Assembly: GCA_951406725.2 (NCBI GenBank)
Contig: OX597829.1
Coordinates: 51,708,001-51,772,000 of the forward strand
Direction of reading: 5' to 3'
From: Octopus vulgaris
Lineage: Eukaryota
Length of the DNA: 64,000 nucleotides
The first letter of the stretch is position 1. Each line of letters starts with the position of its first letter. A model generated the notes under the pieces. That model was given only the letters and a program-made list of their open reading frames with translations, had not been told where the DNA came from and made no database searches. The position numbers and the translations under genes are program-made. Positions 12,959-25,850 of the stretch are shown one piece after another.

Positions 12959-13684
12959 GGCATGCTTCTTCCAGTTTCCATCTACCAAATCCACTCACAA
13001 GGCTTTGGGTGGCCTGAGGCTATAGTAGAAGACACTTGCCCAAGGTGTCACGTATTGGAACTGAACCTGGAACCATGTGGTTGGGAAGCAAGCTTCTTAC
13101 CACACAGCCACTCCGGCACCTTGAACAATTTGTTTTCTACTTAGAGGAAGAGCAGTGCCTATAATCATTTCAGGATCCCCAAGACCTGAAGTCCTAACTC
13201 AAATGTTTGGAACCAAATGGACTCCAGTCAAGATGCTGAAGAAACATGTCGTATGGTTGAACCCAGCAACAGATTAAAACCTACTAAACAAGAACAGAAA
13301 TTATCACCGACTGGTTTCCACACAATTTTTGTCTATCACTCACAAGGCTTTGGTTGACCCAGAGCTATGGCCAAAGAAATTTGTCCAAGGTGTGGTGTAG
13401 TGAGATTGAACTGAAAAACCACATGGCTACAAATTGAAATTTCCAAACAAAGTTATGTTTACATTCATTTTGTTTGAGTAAATGCTTAGTTTTACAACTG
13501 GATGCTCTCGCTGTCACGATAATCATCATCATCAGTTTAACATTCACTTTTCCAGGTTGAAGTTTACAGTAGCAGATTTCATATGGTTGGATGCCTTTCC
13601 TGTCACCAACCCGCACACATTTCATCATCATTGCTTAACATCAGCCTTCCATGATGTTGGCATGGAGGGACAAAATAATTGTTT

Positions 13685-13775
13685 TGCCTGCAGGGGGGAC
13701 TTGAACCCACAACCCTCAGATGACTTAAGATTCAAACAGAAAAGTCTAATGCTCTAACAACTGAGCTATGCAGGC
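13685..13775 (-). tRNA. tRNA-Lys(UUU)-like gene or pseudogene with a ~17-nt intron
   Basis: GCCTGCATAGCTCAGTTGTTAGAGCATTAGACTTTTc[tgtttgaatcttaagtc]ATCTGAGGGTTGTGGGTTCAAGTCCCCCCTGCAGGCA; 7-bp acceptor stem and 4-bp D stem pair fully; lesions in the D loop, position 37 and T stem. Confidence 0.6.
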
Positions 13776-14614
13776 TAACATTTCCAAGTTAATATTTCCC
13801 CATGGCCTGACAAGTTTCCACAGGATACTGAAAATATATGTCACTACTTGTTTGACAATGATGATCGTTTTACAAGTATCTCATGATGTCAAGACAAGCA
13901 TAGCCACACACATGCATGTATGATGGCCTTCTTTCAGTTTCTGTCTACCAAATTCACTAACAAGGCTTTGGTTGACACAGACCTATAATAGAAGATAGTG
14001 GAACTGAACCCATGAGCATGTGGTTGGAAAGCAAACTTCTTACCACACAGCTGCAACTAGTTACTGCTTACCAAAACGTGAAACAGAATGCCAGTGCTGC
14101 CTCGACTGGCTCCAGTGCCGGTGGCACATAAAAAGCACAATCCGAACGTAGCCGTTGCCAGCACCGCCTTGGCTGGCTTCCGTGCCGGTGGCACGTAAAA
14201 AGCACCAACTGATCGTGGCCAATGCCAGCCCCCCTGGCACCTGTGCAAGTGGCATGTAAAAAGCACCCACTACACTCGCGGAGTGGTTGGCGTTAGGAAG
14301 GGCATCCAGCAGTAGAAACACTGCCAGATCAGACTGGAGCCTGGTGCAGCCTTCTGGCTTCCCAGACCCCGGTCAAACCGTCCAATCCGTGCTAGCACGG
14401 AAAACGGACGTTAAACGATGATGATGATGAAACAAGGTGTAGATACATTAAGATCAAATCATTAGAATTAGTCAGAGTCCCGCACCTCCTCTATCCTCAC
14501 AACAGAATATCAAACAGCATGGAATGAACTTACAACCAGGTCTAAGCAAGCAACAACTAATTTTGAATCGAACATTGTAATTTATCTTCGAAGTAGTTTA
14601 TAGTTAATACTTAC

Positions 14615-14657
14615 CATCATTTTCGAACATAAATTTCATATATCTTTTCTCCTTTTT
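14615..14657 (-). CDS. ZCCHC7: ZCCHC7 exon
   Basis: long polypyrimidine tract, cag|KKEKRYMKFMFEND|gtaagt; phase 0-1. Confidence 0.8.
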
Positions 14658-14924
14658 CTGAAGAGAGGAAAAAAAAAAAGAATTATATAATGCTTGCAAA
14701 TACTATTAAGATTCAGAAAGTAAATGGTGTTCAATTTGTTTAGGTAAATTAGTAAAAGCAACTACTTCCCCCATCGCTTTAGTGCAGGAAAGCAGTGAAA
14801 GTTAACTGTGTGTGTGTTGGGGGGTGTGGGTGCACCCATACACCATGGAAAACCAGTGAGTCTTTAAACAAAGTAAAAAAAAAAAAAAGACTTTTCACCA
14901 GGTGTGGTCATGTGGTGAGGCATT

Positions 14925-15330
14925 AGGATTTTATTCAACATATTCCCCCTCTCAGATTCATACACTTATTGCAGCAGTGTTTTTTCTAAGCTCTGTAAAA
15001 GAATTTGGAAGGATGGGCTTCCAACGAGGCCTTTTACCAGGAACTTTTCAGCACCCCTTCCTGTGTATGTATGTATGTGTATATATATATATATACATAC
15101 ATACACGAAGGGAGTGGGGGTGTTGTATAGTTCCTGGCTTTTGGTAAAAGAAAATAGAGGAGGATCAGTTAATTATGATTTTATTCAACATATTCCCCTC
15201 TCAGATTTACACAATGCAGTGGTCCTTCAGTTTTTCCAAACCTCGTAAAAGAACTCAGAAGGTTGGGCCTCCAACCAGGCCTTTTGTGATACTCTTAAAG
15301 CCACAAACTTTTCACAACCCCCCTTGTAAT
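14925..15330 (+). mobile_element. Two adjacent mariner-type MITE copies
   Basis: duplicated gattttattcaacatattcccc...; termini ggggtgttgtatagttcctgg / aacttttca(g)caccccc. Confidence 0.6.
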
Positions 15331-16007
15331 TGCCAAACACTTGCAACTGAAAGCTGTCATTTATCATCAGTTGAAATTCAAATCCCAATGAACAGTATTC
15401 AGTACATTTCTCTGAACAATACTTGATTAATAATGCCAAAATTAACAGGATTTGAGCAAACTTCCAAGGTTAATGGCAAAATACCCATTCAGACTATACA
15501 AATAGGTATTCACTATTTAGGTAGTACTTTTAAGGGTTTAGTTAGAAAGTGAAGAACAGCGTCCATGGCATTTTGGCAGGTAAAGGATGGAGAAAAAGGA
15601 GATTTGGACATATTAACCCAGAGACCTGGCCCAGGTGCTTGCAACAGGACCGATTCAGACTTAATCTGTCGCACAATTTATTTCTACCAACACTTGAGTG
15701 TAATGGGTGCATGTTATATTGGCAAAAAGTGCTAGCGAGATTTGTTTATACAATTTGAGACTGAAGCATGAACACTTTTCCATGTGTTCATTCACTAAAG
15801 ACAGACTGAGAAGGTGAAGAGTCTATGCTCTTTTAGGAACCACTCAAATTCCCAAGGGTTACATGCTGACTTATGATATTTACAGATGCTGCCTTTCTTC
15901 TGTTCAGTTTGCAGTATTGTTTGTATAGTTGTGAAGATTTTAGCGAAAATATTTAAAAAGAAAAAGATTTATACAATAAATTAAAATACAATGTTGCACA
16001 TACTTAC

Positions 16008-16103
16008 TTTTAAATTTTTTCTACTCACAAAGTTTTTCTTATAGCTGACGATGAAAGGATAACTAGGTTTGATGAACCTGTACATGGCTAGATTATAACA
16101 ATC
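16008..16103 (-). CDS. ZCCHC7: ZCCHC7 exon
   Basis: DCYNLAMYRFIKPSYPFIVSYKKNFVSRKNLK; supplies the last Cys of knuckle 5 and a PFIxxY motif. Confidence 0.88.
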
Positions 16104-16346
16104 CTGTTTAAAGATTAAGAATACATATATTAAAATGCATGTACATATGTATAAGATGTGTGTGTGTGTGTGTGTGTGTGTGAATATAAACAAACATTTG
16201 TTTTTATCAGAAGTGTTTGAATGTGTATTGTACGATACAAACAAGAAGGTGATATTGTTTTGAAACACAGTACTGCTGTTAGAATGGCAGAAAACAATGG
16301 GTAAATTACCCTTACAAAGTGAAAAAAGATTTCAACAAACAGCCAT

Positions 16347-16468
16347 GCATACATACATATACACACACACACATATATACACACACACACATACATATAT
16401 ACACACACACACATACATATATACACACACACATATATATACACACACATACATATATACACATACAT

Positions 16469-16499
<31 letters not shown>

Positions 16500-16526
16500 C
16501 ATACACACACACACATACACACACAC

Positions 16527-16565
<39 letters not shown>

Positions 16566-16592
16566 AATATATGAAAACACACACATACACAA
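16347..16592. repeat. (CA)/(TA) microsatellite; others at 4420-4530, 7407-7463, 23449-23498 and 39408-39530
   Basis: direct inspection. Confidence 0.95.
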
Positions 16593-16996
16593 ACGTCTGC
16601 ATGCACGCACACAGAAAGAAACAGTATTACTAAATTTTATCCCTCTTCAAAAATTTATATTTAACAAAAAAAAAAAAAAAAATGTTAAGTAAATAACTGC
16701 AAACTAAATAAATCAGAGCATACGATGCTGAATTGTCTGGAAACAAATGTGCTCTTATGACAAAATGTAGCCGTTGTCATTATTTTAATGCCCAGTTTTC
16801 CATGCTTGCAGGAGTTGGGTGGAGTTTAACGTGGTGGATTAAATTGCCACCAACCCTAACCAGTTACTAAACAAGGAAACATTTCTCTCCATGGCCAGAC
16901 ATGTTTTCACAAAACATTGGAAACAAATGACACCACTCGTAGGAGGATGACACTGGTTTACAACTAATATTCAATGTCAAGACAAGGAGACACAAA

Positions 16997-17695
16997 CACA
17001 GTGTTCTATATTCCAGAAATGAGGTATTCTGTACATTTACATTGGACAGATATGTGTCCTCATCTTTGTTGTTATCACAATGTTTCGGATGGTTTATTCT
17101 CCAGCCTTCATCAGGTGTCCTGGTGGAATTTTGAACCCAACCCTGGGTTCTCATTCCTAAGGTTTTTTTTTTGCTGATGTCATTTATTCAAGGCACTGCC
17201 TGGAATTGAACTTGGAATCTTGGGGTTAGTAGTCCAGCGTAATGGTTAAGAGCATGGGCTACTAATTCCAAGATTCCAAGTTCAATTCCAGGTAGTGCCT
17301 TGAATCATCATCATCATTTAGTGTCTGCTTTCCATGCTAGCATGGGTTGGATGGTTCAACTGGGGTCTGGGAAGCCAGAAGGCTGCATCAGGCCCAGTCT
17401 GATCTGGATGTCCTTCCTAACGCCAACCACTCCGTGAGTGTAGTGGCTGCTTTTTACGTGCCACCCGCACAGGTGCCAGACGGAGCTGGAAAACTGCCAC
17501 GAACGGATTGTGCTTTTACGTGCCACCGGTAAATAGTAATAATAATTATATCAGGAAAAAAATACCTTAGGAATGAGAACACAGGGTTGGGTTTAAAATT
17601 CTCCCAGGACACCTGATGAAGGCTGCAGAACAAATCAGCTGAAACATTGTGATAACAACAAACAAGATGAGGACACCTCTGTCCAATGTATATAA
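16997..17695. mobile_element. Head-to-head pair of tRNA-headed elements with hammerhead-like cores; right copy interrupted by a LINE UTR
   Basis: 17186-17236 is inverted relative to 17253-17305, and 17040-17170 relative to 17556-17690; CTGATGA...GAAAC in both copies. Confidence 0.75.
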
Positions 17696-19112
17696 ATACA
17701 CATACACATGAGCTTTCAGCTTACGTCTACCAAATCTATCTACAAGGCTTTGGTCAACCAAGGACAATAGTAGATAATACTTGCTCAAGGTGCCACACAG
17801 TTGGATTGAACCTAAGACCAGGTGTTTGGAAAGTGAACTTATCAGTGCCTTAATGTAAAATTAAAGAAATACTATGAAGATGGTATTTTGGTATGTTATA
17901 TTCCATTTTACTGTTAGTTCTTCAGGCAACAAGAGTCTCTGGTTGTATCAATTCCAGCCACTCCATTCACTTGTATTAGGTATCAGTTTGATCAGTATTC
18001 ACTCCTGAAATCCCGTAGTCATTCTAAGACCGGACAGTAACAGTAAAATAAGGATTCATTGATCAGGTATAATAAGAGAAACAAGCCCGAAGTCACTGAA
18101 CGGATTTCTATTTCTAATTCCAGAGTTATCTCCCCTACCTCGCATCACTAGATTTAGCAATTAAAATTCTTCGTCCCCATTGTTTAACGTCCGTTTTCCA
18201 TGCAGGCATGGGTTGGACGGTTTGACTGGTGACTGGCAGACCAGGAGGCCTCACCAGGCTCCAATCCGATCTGACAATATTTCTACAGCTGGCTGCCCTT
18301 CCTAACGCCAACTACTCAGAGTGTAGTGGGTGCAAAAAGAAACCAACTTAAATAATAAGTACTGGCTTTGATTTGTTCCACTAAACCAGTCAAAGGCAGT
18401 ACCACAGCACCGCCACAGTCCAAGAACTGTAACAGGTAATTTTTGTGTACCTTTACCTAGACATCATGTGATGGTTGTAAAGGAGCATGATCATCATACA
18501 AGTGAGGTTGTTCATTTCCAGTTGTCCATAAAAAAACATTACCTTGCTTGGAAACAGGTGAGAGTTGACAACAGAATGACCTGGCTGTAGAAATATTTCA
18601 TCATCGTTTAACGTCCGCTTTCCATGCTAGCATGGGTTGGACGGTTCAACTGGGGTCTGGGGAGCCCGAAGGCTGCACCAGTCCAGTCAGATCTGGCAGT
18701 GTTTCTACAGCTGGATGCCCTTCCTAACGCCAACTACTCCGAGAGTGTAGTGGGTGATTTTATGTGCCATCAACACAGGTGCCAGACGAGGCTGGCGAAC
18801 GGCCACGCTCGGATGGTGATTTTTTATGTGCCACCGACACAGGTGCCAGACGTGGCTGGCGAACGGCCACGCCCGGATGGTGTTTTTTATGTGCCTCAAC
18901 AAATTCTGTCTGATATTAAATGATGATGATGATGAGGTACAATGAACTGTCACAGTAGAAGAAATACCTTTTGTTAGGTAAGAGTGATAAAATTCAAAAA
19001 TGCCTGCAGTTAGCATTTCCCACAGAATATAGTAAACAGATCAGTACAAATATATACAAAGGAAAAAAAACCCCAGCTAAAATAATAAAGGATTGTTGAT
19101 TAAAATACATAC

Positions 19113-19202
19113 ATAAGCGAAATGTCCAACCAGTCCACAATTGGAGCAATAAACCCTTGGGTTACAACGAGATGGCGCCTTCATAATAGGTCCTTCTCTG
19201 GT
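19113..19202 (-). CDS. ZCCHC7: ZCCHC7 exon, knuckle 5
   Basis: TREGPIMKAPSRCNPRVYCSNCGLVGHFAY|gtatgt. Confidence 0.92.
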
Positions 19203-20166
19203 CTGAAGATCACATTGACATAAAAAAAAAAAAAAAAGAAATAAAAACATTAGATAAAATTTGCCAGATTCTCCAACAAAACATTCTTTTCACAAACAGC
19301 TTTTCAAGTTTTCAATTCCCCATTACTCTTTTACTCTTTTACTTGTTTCAGTCATTTGACTGCGGACATGCTGGAGCACCGCTTTCAGTCGAGCAAATCA
19401 ACCCTGGGACTTATTCTTTGTAAGCCCAGCACTTATTCTATCGGTCTCTTTTTGCCGAACCGCTAAGTGACGGGGACATAAACACACCAGCATCGGTTGT
19501 CAAGCAATGCTAGGGGGACAGACACAGACACACATATATACGACAGGCTTCTTTAAGTTTCCATCTACCAAATCCACTCACAAGGCATTGGTCGGCCCGG
19601 GGCTATAGCAGAAGACACTTGACCAAGATGCCACGCAGTGGGACTGAACCCGGAACCATGTGGTTGTTTAGCAAGCTACTTACCACACAGCCACTCCTGT
19701 GCCTATAGCAAGCTACTTACCACACAGCCACTCCTGCGCCTATAGTTTAAAATTTTAAGTATTTAAACCTTTAACATCAGATTATTTTGTTAAGTAATTT
19801 GCAAAGAAAACAGCAGTGTCACTGGGCACACACACACACGTATGTGTGTGTGTCTTCCATCACCATATAACAACTGGTTCTGGTTTGTTTACATCCCTGT
19901 AACTTAGCAGTTCAGTATTAGAGTTCAACAAAATAAGTACCAGTTTAAAAAAAAAAAAAAAAGTACTAGGATAAATTTGTTTGACTAAACCTCTTCAAGG
20001 CAGAGCCCCAGCAGTCTAATCACTGAAACAAGTAAAAGATGAAGGACATATTTCTGTCAGCTTGAAATAAACTAAATTCTGGATGTAACGAAAAAGTTCC
20101 ACAATAAAGTTCATTTTACTCTCAATCACACACACAAAAAAAAAATAATAAATAAATAGGACTTAC

Positions 20167-20202
20167 GGTCGCATGGTATCTTCTCCAAAGATCAGGGCAT
20201 TC
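20167..20202 (-). CDS. ZCCHC7: ZCCHC7 exon with IWRxY-type motif
   Basis: ECPDLWRRYHAT; matches the Air1/2-ZCCHC7 linker between knuckles 4 and 5. Confidence 0.93.
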
Positions 20203-21909
20203 CTTTAAGGAAAAAAAAAAAAAAGACTTCAATTTCAAATTATTCATAACAAAATTTCAAGGTCCTAATGAGTAAATAGTGAAACTTAACTTATGTCATG
20301 AATCAATTATAAGAACAATAGCAAAAATACATGGTGTTTAGCACCAGGTCAACAACAATCATGTGGAACTATGATCAAAAGCTTCCAACCATGGCCAACC
20401 CATCTTTATGGGGGTGTATGTAAGACTATTACTTACTATGTTCTTTGGTCTTTGTAAAACTATCTTCTAGCCTTAACTAGTTTCAGTCATTAGACTGTAG
20501 CCATTCTGGGCATGTTGAAGAATATTTTAGTCGAACGAATCAACTCCGTTATTTTTTAGAGTCTGGTACTTATTCTATTGGTCTCTTTTGACAATGATGG
20601 GCCTCTCTCAGTTTCCATCCACCAAATCCACCCACAAGGCTTTGGCCAGCCCAAGGTTCTGGTAGTAGACATTTGCCCAAGGTTCCATGCAGGAGGACTG
20701 ACCCAGAATCACATGGTTGGGAACCAAGCTTCTTACCACCCAGCCTTGTCTATGACATCATCACCTGATACATAAACCGGCCGATGCCAGCACCGCCTCA
20801 ACTGGCTTCTCTGCCGGTGGCACATAAAAAGCACCATCTGAACGTGGCCAATGCCAGCGCCGCCTTGGCTAGCTTCCGTGCCGGTGGCACGTTAAAAGCA
20901 CCAACCGATCGTGGCCGATGCCAGACCCCACCTGGTACCTGTGCAGGTGGCACGTAAAAAGCACCCACTACACTCGCGGTGTGGTTGGCATTAGGAAGGG
21001 CATCCAGCCGTAGAAACACTGCCAGATCAGACTGGAGCCTGGTGCTGCCCCTGGCTTCCCAGACCCTGGTCGAACCGTCCAACCCATGCTAGCGCGGAAA
21101 ACGGATGTTAAACGATGATGGGCCTGCCCAGTTCCCGCTTACCAATTCCACTCACAAAACTTTGGTCAGCCAAGGTCTTATAGCAGAAGACACAGTAGAA
21201 CTGAACCAAAATAATTAAGAACTCTACAGCATATGTCAAATAGAACTAATTATGATGATTACAAGAATTTAACTGAAATGGAAACAAACGAAATATTCTG
21301 TTGAATGTTTTATATGAACTTCAGAAGGCTTTACAAGTTGAGAGTCAAGTCAGGAGGTTCATCCTCAGCTTGGCTGCCACGACTGTGCAGTTGTCAACAT
21401 CTCAACTAAGGATGAATCTCACAGTAGACTGTCAACTCTGCAATAAAAAACACAATATTTACTTTTGTCTAAATTGCATCTTTTGACACTTGGCTTTAAC
21501 CGAAGAAAAAAAAAAAAGAAAAAAAAAGAACGGGATTTAGCTAATACAAAGGACAAAGCTGATACCAAGTTTGAATATCATCATCATCGTTTAACGTCCG
21601 CTTTCCATGCTAGCATGGGTTGGACGGTTCAACTGGGGTCTGGGGAGCCCGAAGGCTGCACCAGGCCAGTCAGATCTGGCAGTGTTTTAACAGCTGGATG
21701 CCCTTCCTAACGCCAACCACTCCGAGAGTGTAGTGGGTGCTTTTTATGTGCCACCGACACAGGTGCCAGATGAGGCTGGCGAACGGCCACGATCGGATGG
21801 TGTTATATGAAGAGGAAAAAAAAAATTGCACCAAGATTTAATACTAAATTAGGGATGTGATTTATATGAGTGTGTGTGTATAGAATTATGTATATGTATA
21901 TACTTATCT

Positions 21910-22202
21910 GTGGAGGCGCAATGGCCAGGGCAGCGGACTTGCGGTCGTAGGATCGCAGATTCGATTCCTAGACCGGGCATTGTGAGTGTTTATTGAGCGA
22001 AAACACCTAAAAAGCTCCATGAGGCTCCAGTAGGGGGTGGTGGCGATCCCTGCTGTACCCTTTCACCATACTTTCTCTCAGTCTTTCTTCTGTTGGCCTG
22101 CTCGCTTAGCCAGTGGGGTGGCGTCATTTCAAGGCTAAAACAATGCGAACGCATTGTGACCAGCGATGTGTAACAACATCTGATGGTCTGGTCGGTCACG
22201 TG
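21910..22202 (+). mobile_element. SINE family D with a 12-bp TSD; related partial copy at 1-230
   Basis: tRNA-like head; atatacttatct at 21898-21909 and 22203-22214. Confidence 0.85.
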
Positions 22203-22753
22203 ATATACTTATCTACATACATGCACACTACCCAGTTTTAAGTTCTATACCAGATGTATTCTATTAATGTTATATTACCATTCATACATATACATGTTTA
22301 ATGGAACACACACGGAATTTGGATCAAGTTAGTGAAAAGTTGTGCCAAGACAAGAAACATCAAGTTAGTGAGTGATAGATTAGGATTGAAGATTAAATCG
22401 TTATTTAGATCTTACAGATTTAATTAAATCAATGCAAAACAAACATAAGGCTCTTCATGATACAGTTTCTTTAAAATTTGAAGAGACATGGAATAATTTG
22501 TTTCTAGCACAGGTAGAAGACCTGATATTTTAGGAGAGGAGAATAAATGATTATATCAACCCCAGTATTTGACTGGTAATTGGGTTTTATCAAACTCAGA
22601 GAGAGAAAGGCAAAATTGAACTTTGTGAAATTTGAATAAGGAATATAAAGAACCAAAAAAGAGAAAAATAAAGCAAAGTTTTTTTTACCCAATCCTACAC
22701 TGATTTTGAAAATCCAATAAAAATATCTTTAAAAATCAGTTTCATTTACTTAC

Positions 22754-22927
22754 ATGATACATATGACCCTTCATGTCACATCGGGAACAGTGTGCATTAT
22801 AAGGGCGTTTGCATGCATTGCAATCACGAGTAAAATGTCCAGGGCATTCACAGTTAAAGCAAATACTATCTGGGCACTCATGGCTTTTGTGTCCTAAAAT
22901 TCCACAGAGATAACATACAGGTGGTTT
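22754..22927 (-). CDS. ZCCHC7: ZCCHC7 exon, knuckles 2, 3 and most of 4
   Basis: KPPVCYLCGILGHKSHECPDSICFNCECPGHFTRDCNACKRPYNAHCSRCDMKGHMYH; AG/GTAAGT boundaries. Confidence 0.95.
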
Positions 22928-23445
22928 CTAAAATTTAAAAAAGAAGAGAAAAGAATGCAAAGAATTTTGAAAAAGAAAAAAAAAAGAATATATTTTACAG
23001 TTTGATTCTCTTAAACTATCTTTTAAACATCTAGAACTTAATTATGAAGTAAAACTATTTTAGAGCCATACTTGTTTGCCAAGTATTTTGAAATAAGATC
23101 TGTTTTAAAAATGAAAGGAATTATAGAATAGAAAAGACATTTTAACCGTTTAAAGAAGCACAGAAAAAAAAAAAAACTGCTGCAATCACCTCATTTTATT
23201 TGTTAGTAGTACCACCAATTATGGTCATTTTAACATTTATTTTTCCATGCTGGCATTATTTTTAGAACTGCATCATGCCCCTGTCTCCATTGCTACCTCT
23301 AACTTTCAAATGAATAATCTCTTATACTCCATGTCTTTGAAAGTGCAAAGCCATCTAACAGTTTGTTGACAGGGGTACTGACCACATCACTACTTGTAGC
23401 TCAGATTTTCAGAAAAACAAATACATACATGCACAAGCATGCATC

Positions 23446-23501
<56 letters not shown>

Positions 23502-25746
23502 ACATTTTGACAGGCCTCTCAGTCTTTGACAATCAAACCCACTTGCAAAACTGGTTAGCCCAGGGTTACAGTAGAATATACTTGGCTAAAGTACCATAGA
23601 GTGGGACTGACCTCGAAGCCATGTCTGTGAAACAAACTTTCTTTAACCACAAAGAATGCTTGTGCTTATGTAATGTAAAAGAAAAAAAAGAAGATAAAAT
23701 TTGGTCAATGAAAAATTCAAATTACAAACCTAAGTAGTGGAATTATATAAGCAATAAGATTGTAGAAGTCTGAAAACCTTTGGAGGTTTCATAATATAGA
23801 CAGTACTATTTAGAAACAAAATAACTAAATTGAACTGTTTAATATTCAGATTATTTTGTCAGATGTAATGCTTATGTATTCACATTGTTTCGAATTAATC
23901 AAGCATTATCTCAAAGCTTCGAGAGTTTAGTGCTGTGATTGTTTATTTTTACAATATCATTTTAGGATAGATGTGAAAGACTAAATCTGGCTTCATCATG
24001 ATCATCATTTAACATCTGTTTTCCAAGCTAAGATGGGTTGGATAGTTCGACAAGAGCTATTAATGCCACAGGCCACAGCAGGCTTCACTGTTTTGGCATG
24101 GCTTCTATGGCTGAATGCCCTTCCCAACACCAACCACTCCACAGAGTGAAATGGGTGCTTTTTTATGTAACACCAGCACCAGTGCTTTTAACAGGTAGAA
24201 TATTAGAGCCAGGTATGGATAACTTAAATGCAAAAAGGGTTAACAGTATCTCTGTTCTTAAAAATGGTTAAAAAAAGATTAAAGTAGTCTGTGATGTAAT
24301 TGCTGAAAAAAAAGTAGAGAGTCAGAAAATTAAAGTGAAACTTAAGAATAAAGAGTTTGATAAAATCTCCAATTTTATATTCGTTTTTCATGTCAAAGAA
24401 ATTTGCAGAAGTAAAATGGGACCAATTTTACAGGCAGATACTTTACTCCTTTACTGACTCCAGCATGGAAGTTGCAGCCATGGTAGGATACAGTCATTTA
24501 CAATATATTCACTATATTTCTGACATTTCTTATATCAAGGGAAAATGGCTGTGCCCATAGCTTTCATTTATTCAAAGCCTTAGAGATATCTGGTGACGTT
24601 AATGAGGTAAAAGGTGAAGAAAATTGACAAGGAAGGGGTTCTAACCAGACTGGAGTGAGGAAGAAGAATTGGTCAACATGCTTATTAAATGGGGTTTTGG
24701 TGGTGAAGTAAGAGAAAGGGTAGAAGAGATAAATATGTTACATGCTTCAGTTGGGGAAACTTGAAGACCGTCATATTCAAAAGAGCAAGGATCTTTTTAG
24801 CAGCAGGAAAGAGCAGATGGCTAAAATGACAGGCTAGGGATCACAGTTCCCATACCTTAGGAAACAAGAATTTGTAAGAGGAATATTTGTTAGGAGGGGG
24901 TGGGGTGGGGGGCAATTTAGGAACAATGCACAAAGTAGGCTACACTGTGTGAACATTGAGAAACGAATTTCCCACACCTGACAGTTTTAGACATTGCATG
25001 GGGATAAGAGGGTTGAAAAAAAAAAAACCCCAGCTTAGAAAGGGAACTCCAGAGTTGACATATTGTAGTTTTCATTTCCTGTTAAGGTAATGGAGTTGGG
25101 GACCAACATGTAACAAAAGTGAGTATTCAATTATAAAGGGATGCCTACACAGATTGTATTAGGGACATGAAGCAGCATAGTTCCAACAGAAGCATGATTC
25201 AACTGCTCCTAGGACCAGAATATAAAAGGATACTAAACACATCCGAATCGTGGCCGATGCCAGCGCCGCCTCGACTGGCTTCAGTGCCGGTGGCATGTAA
25301 AATGCACCAATCTGACCGTGGCCATTGCCAGACTCCCCTGGAACCTGTGCAGGTGGCACGTAAAAAGCACCCACTACACTCACGTAGTGGTTGGCGTTAG
25401 GAAGGGCATCCAGCCATAGAAACACTGCCAGATAAGACTGGAGCCTGGTGCAGCCTCCTGGCTTCCCAGATCCCCGGTCGAACCATCCAACCCATGCTAG
25501 CATGGAGAACGGACGTTAAACGACGATGATGATGACAGCACTTTAATAATTCCATACAAGAAGGAGGTGGGGGTCAAATAGAAATAAAGACACTTAGGTG
25601 CATGTGAATATATGTTGGGCTACCAATAGACAAGAAATAAATTTCGTATATTTATCATTAGCAATTAATGACATTTTAACACAAACATCAAAAATATTTA
25701 ATAAGTGTTTGCTTTATAGATGGGTAAAATATTGAGAAATAAGTAC

Positions 25747-25850
25747 CATTTGCCGACAATCTCTGCTAAGATGACCAACAAGGGAACAGTTACCGCACTT
25801 GAAGGTCTTTGTCAAAATAGGGTCTTCAGCACTCTTTTTATCTTCCTTCA
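25747..25850 (-). CDS. ZCCHC7: ZCCHC7 exon, zinc knuckle 1
   Basis: VKEDKKSAEDPILTKTFKCGNCSLVGHLSRDCRQM; CX2CX4HX4C. Confidence 0.9.

Noticed and set aside
16130-16633. Cys/Val- and His/Thr-rich ORFs
   Set aside because: Microsatellite translations
24580-25160. Possible ancient LINE remnant (similar hints at 49900-50400 and 53100-53420)
   Set aside because: Too degenerate to assign without a search
19113-25850. Retroviral Gag nucleocapsid or CNBP origin of the CCHC knuckles
   Set aside because: Spliced exons with LYSxIHY and WRxY motifs indicate the host gene ZCCHC7
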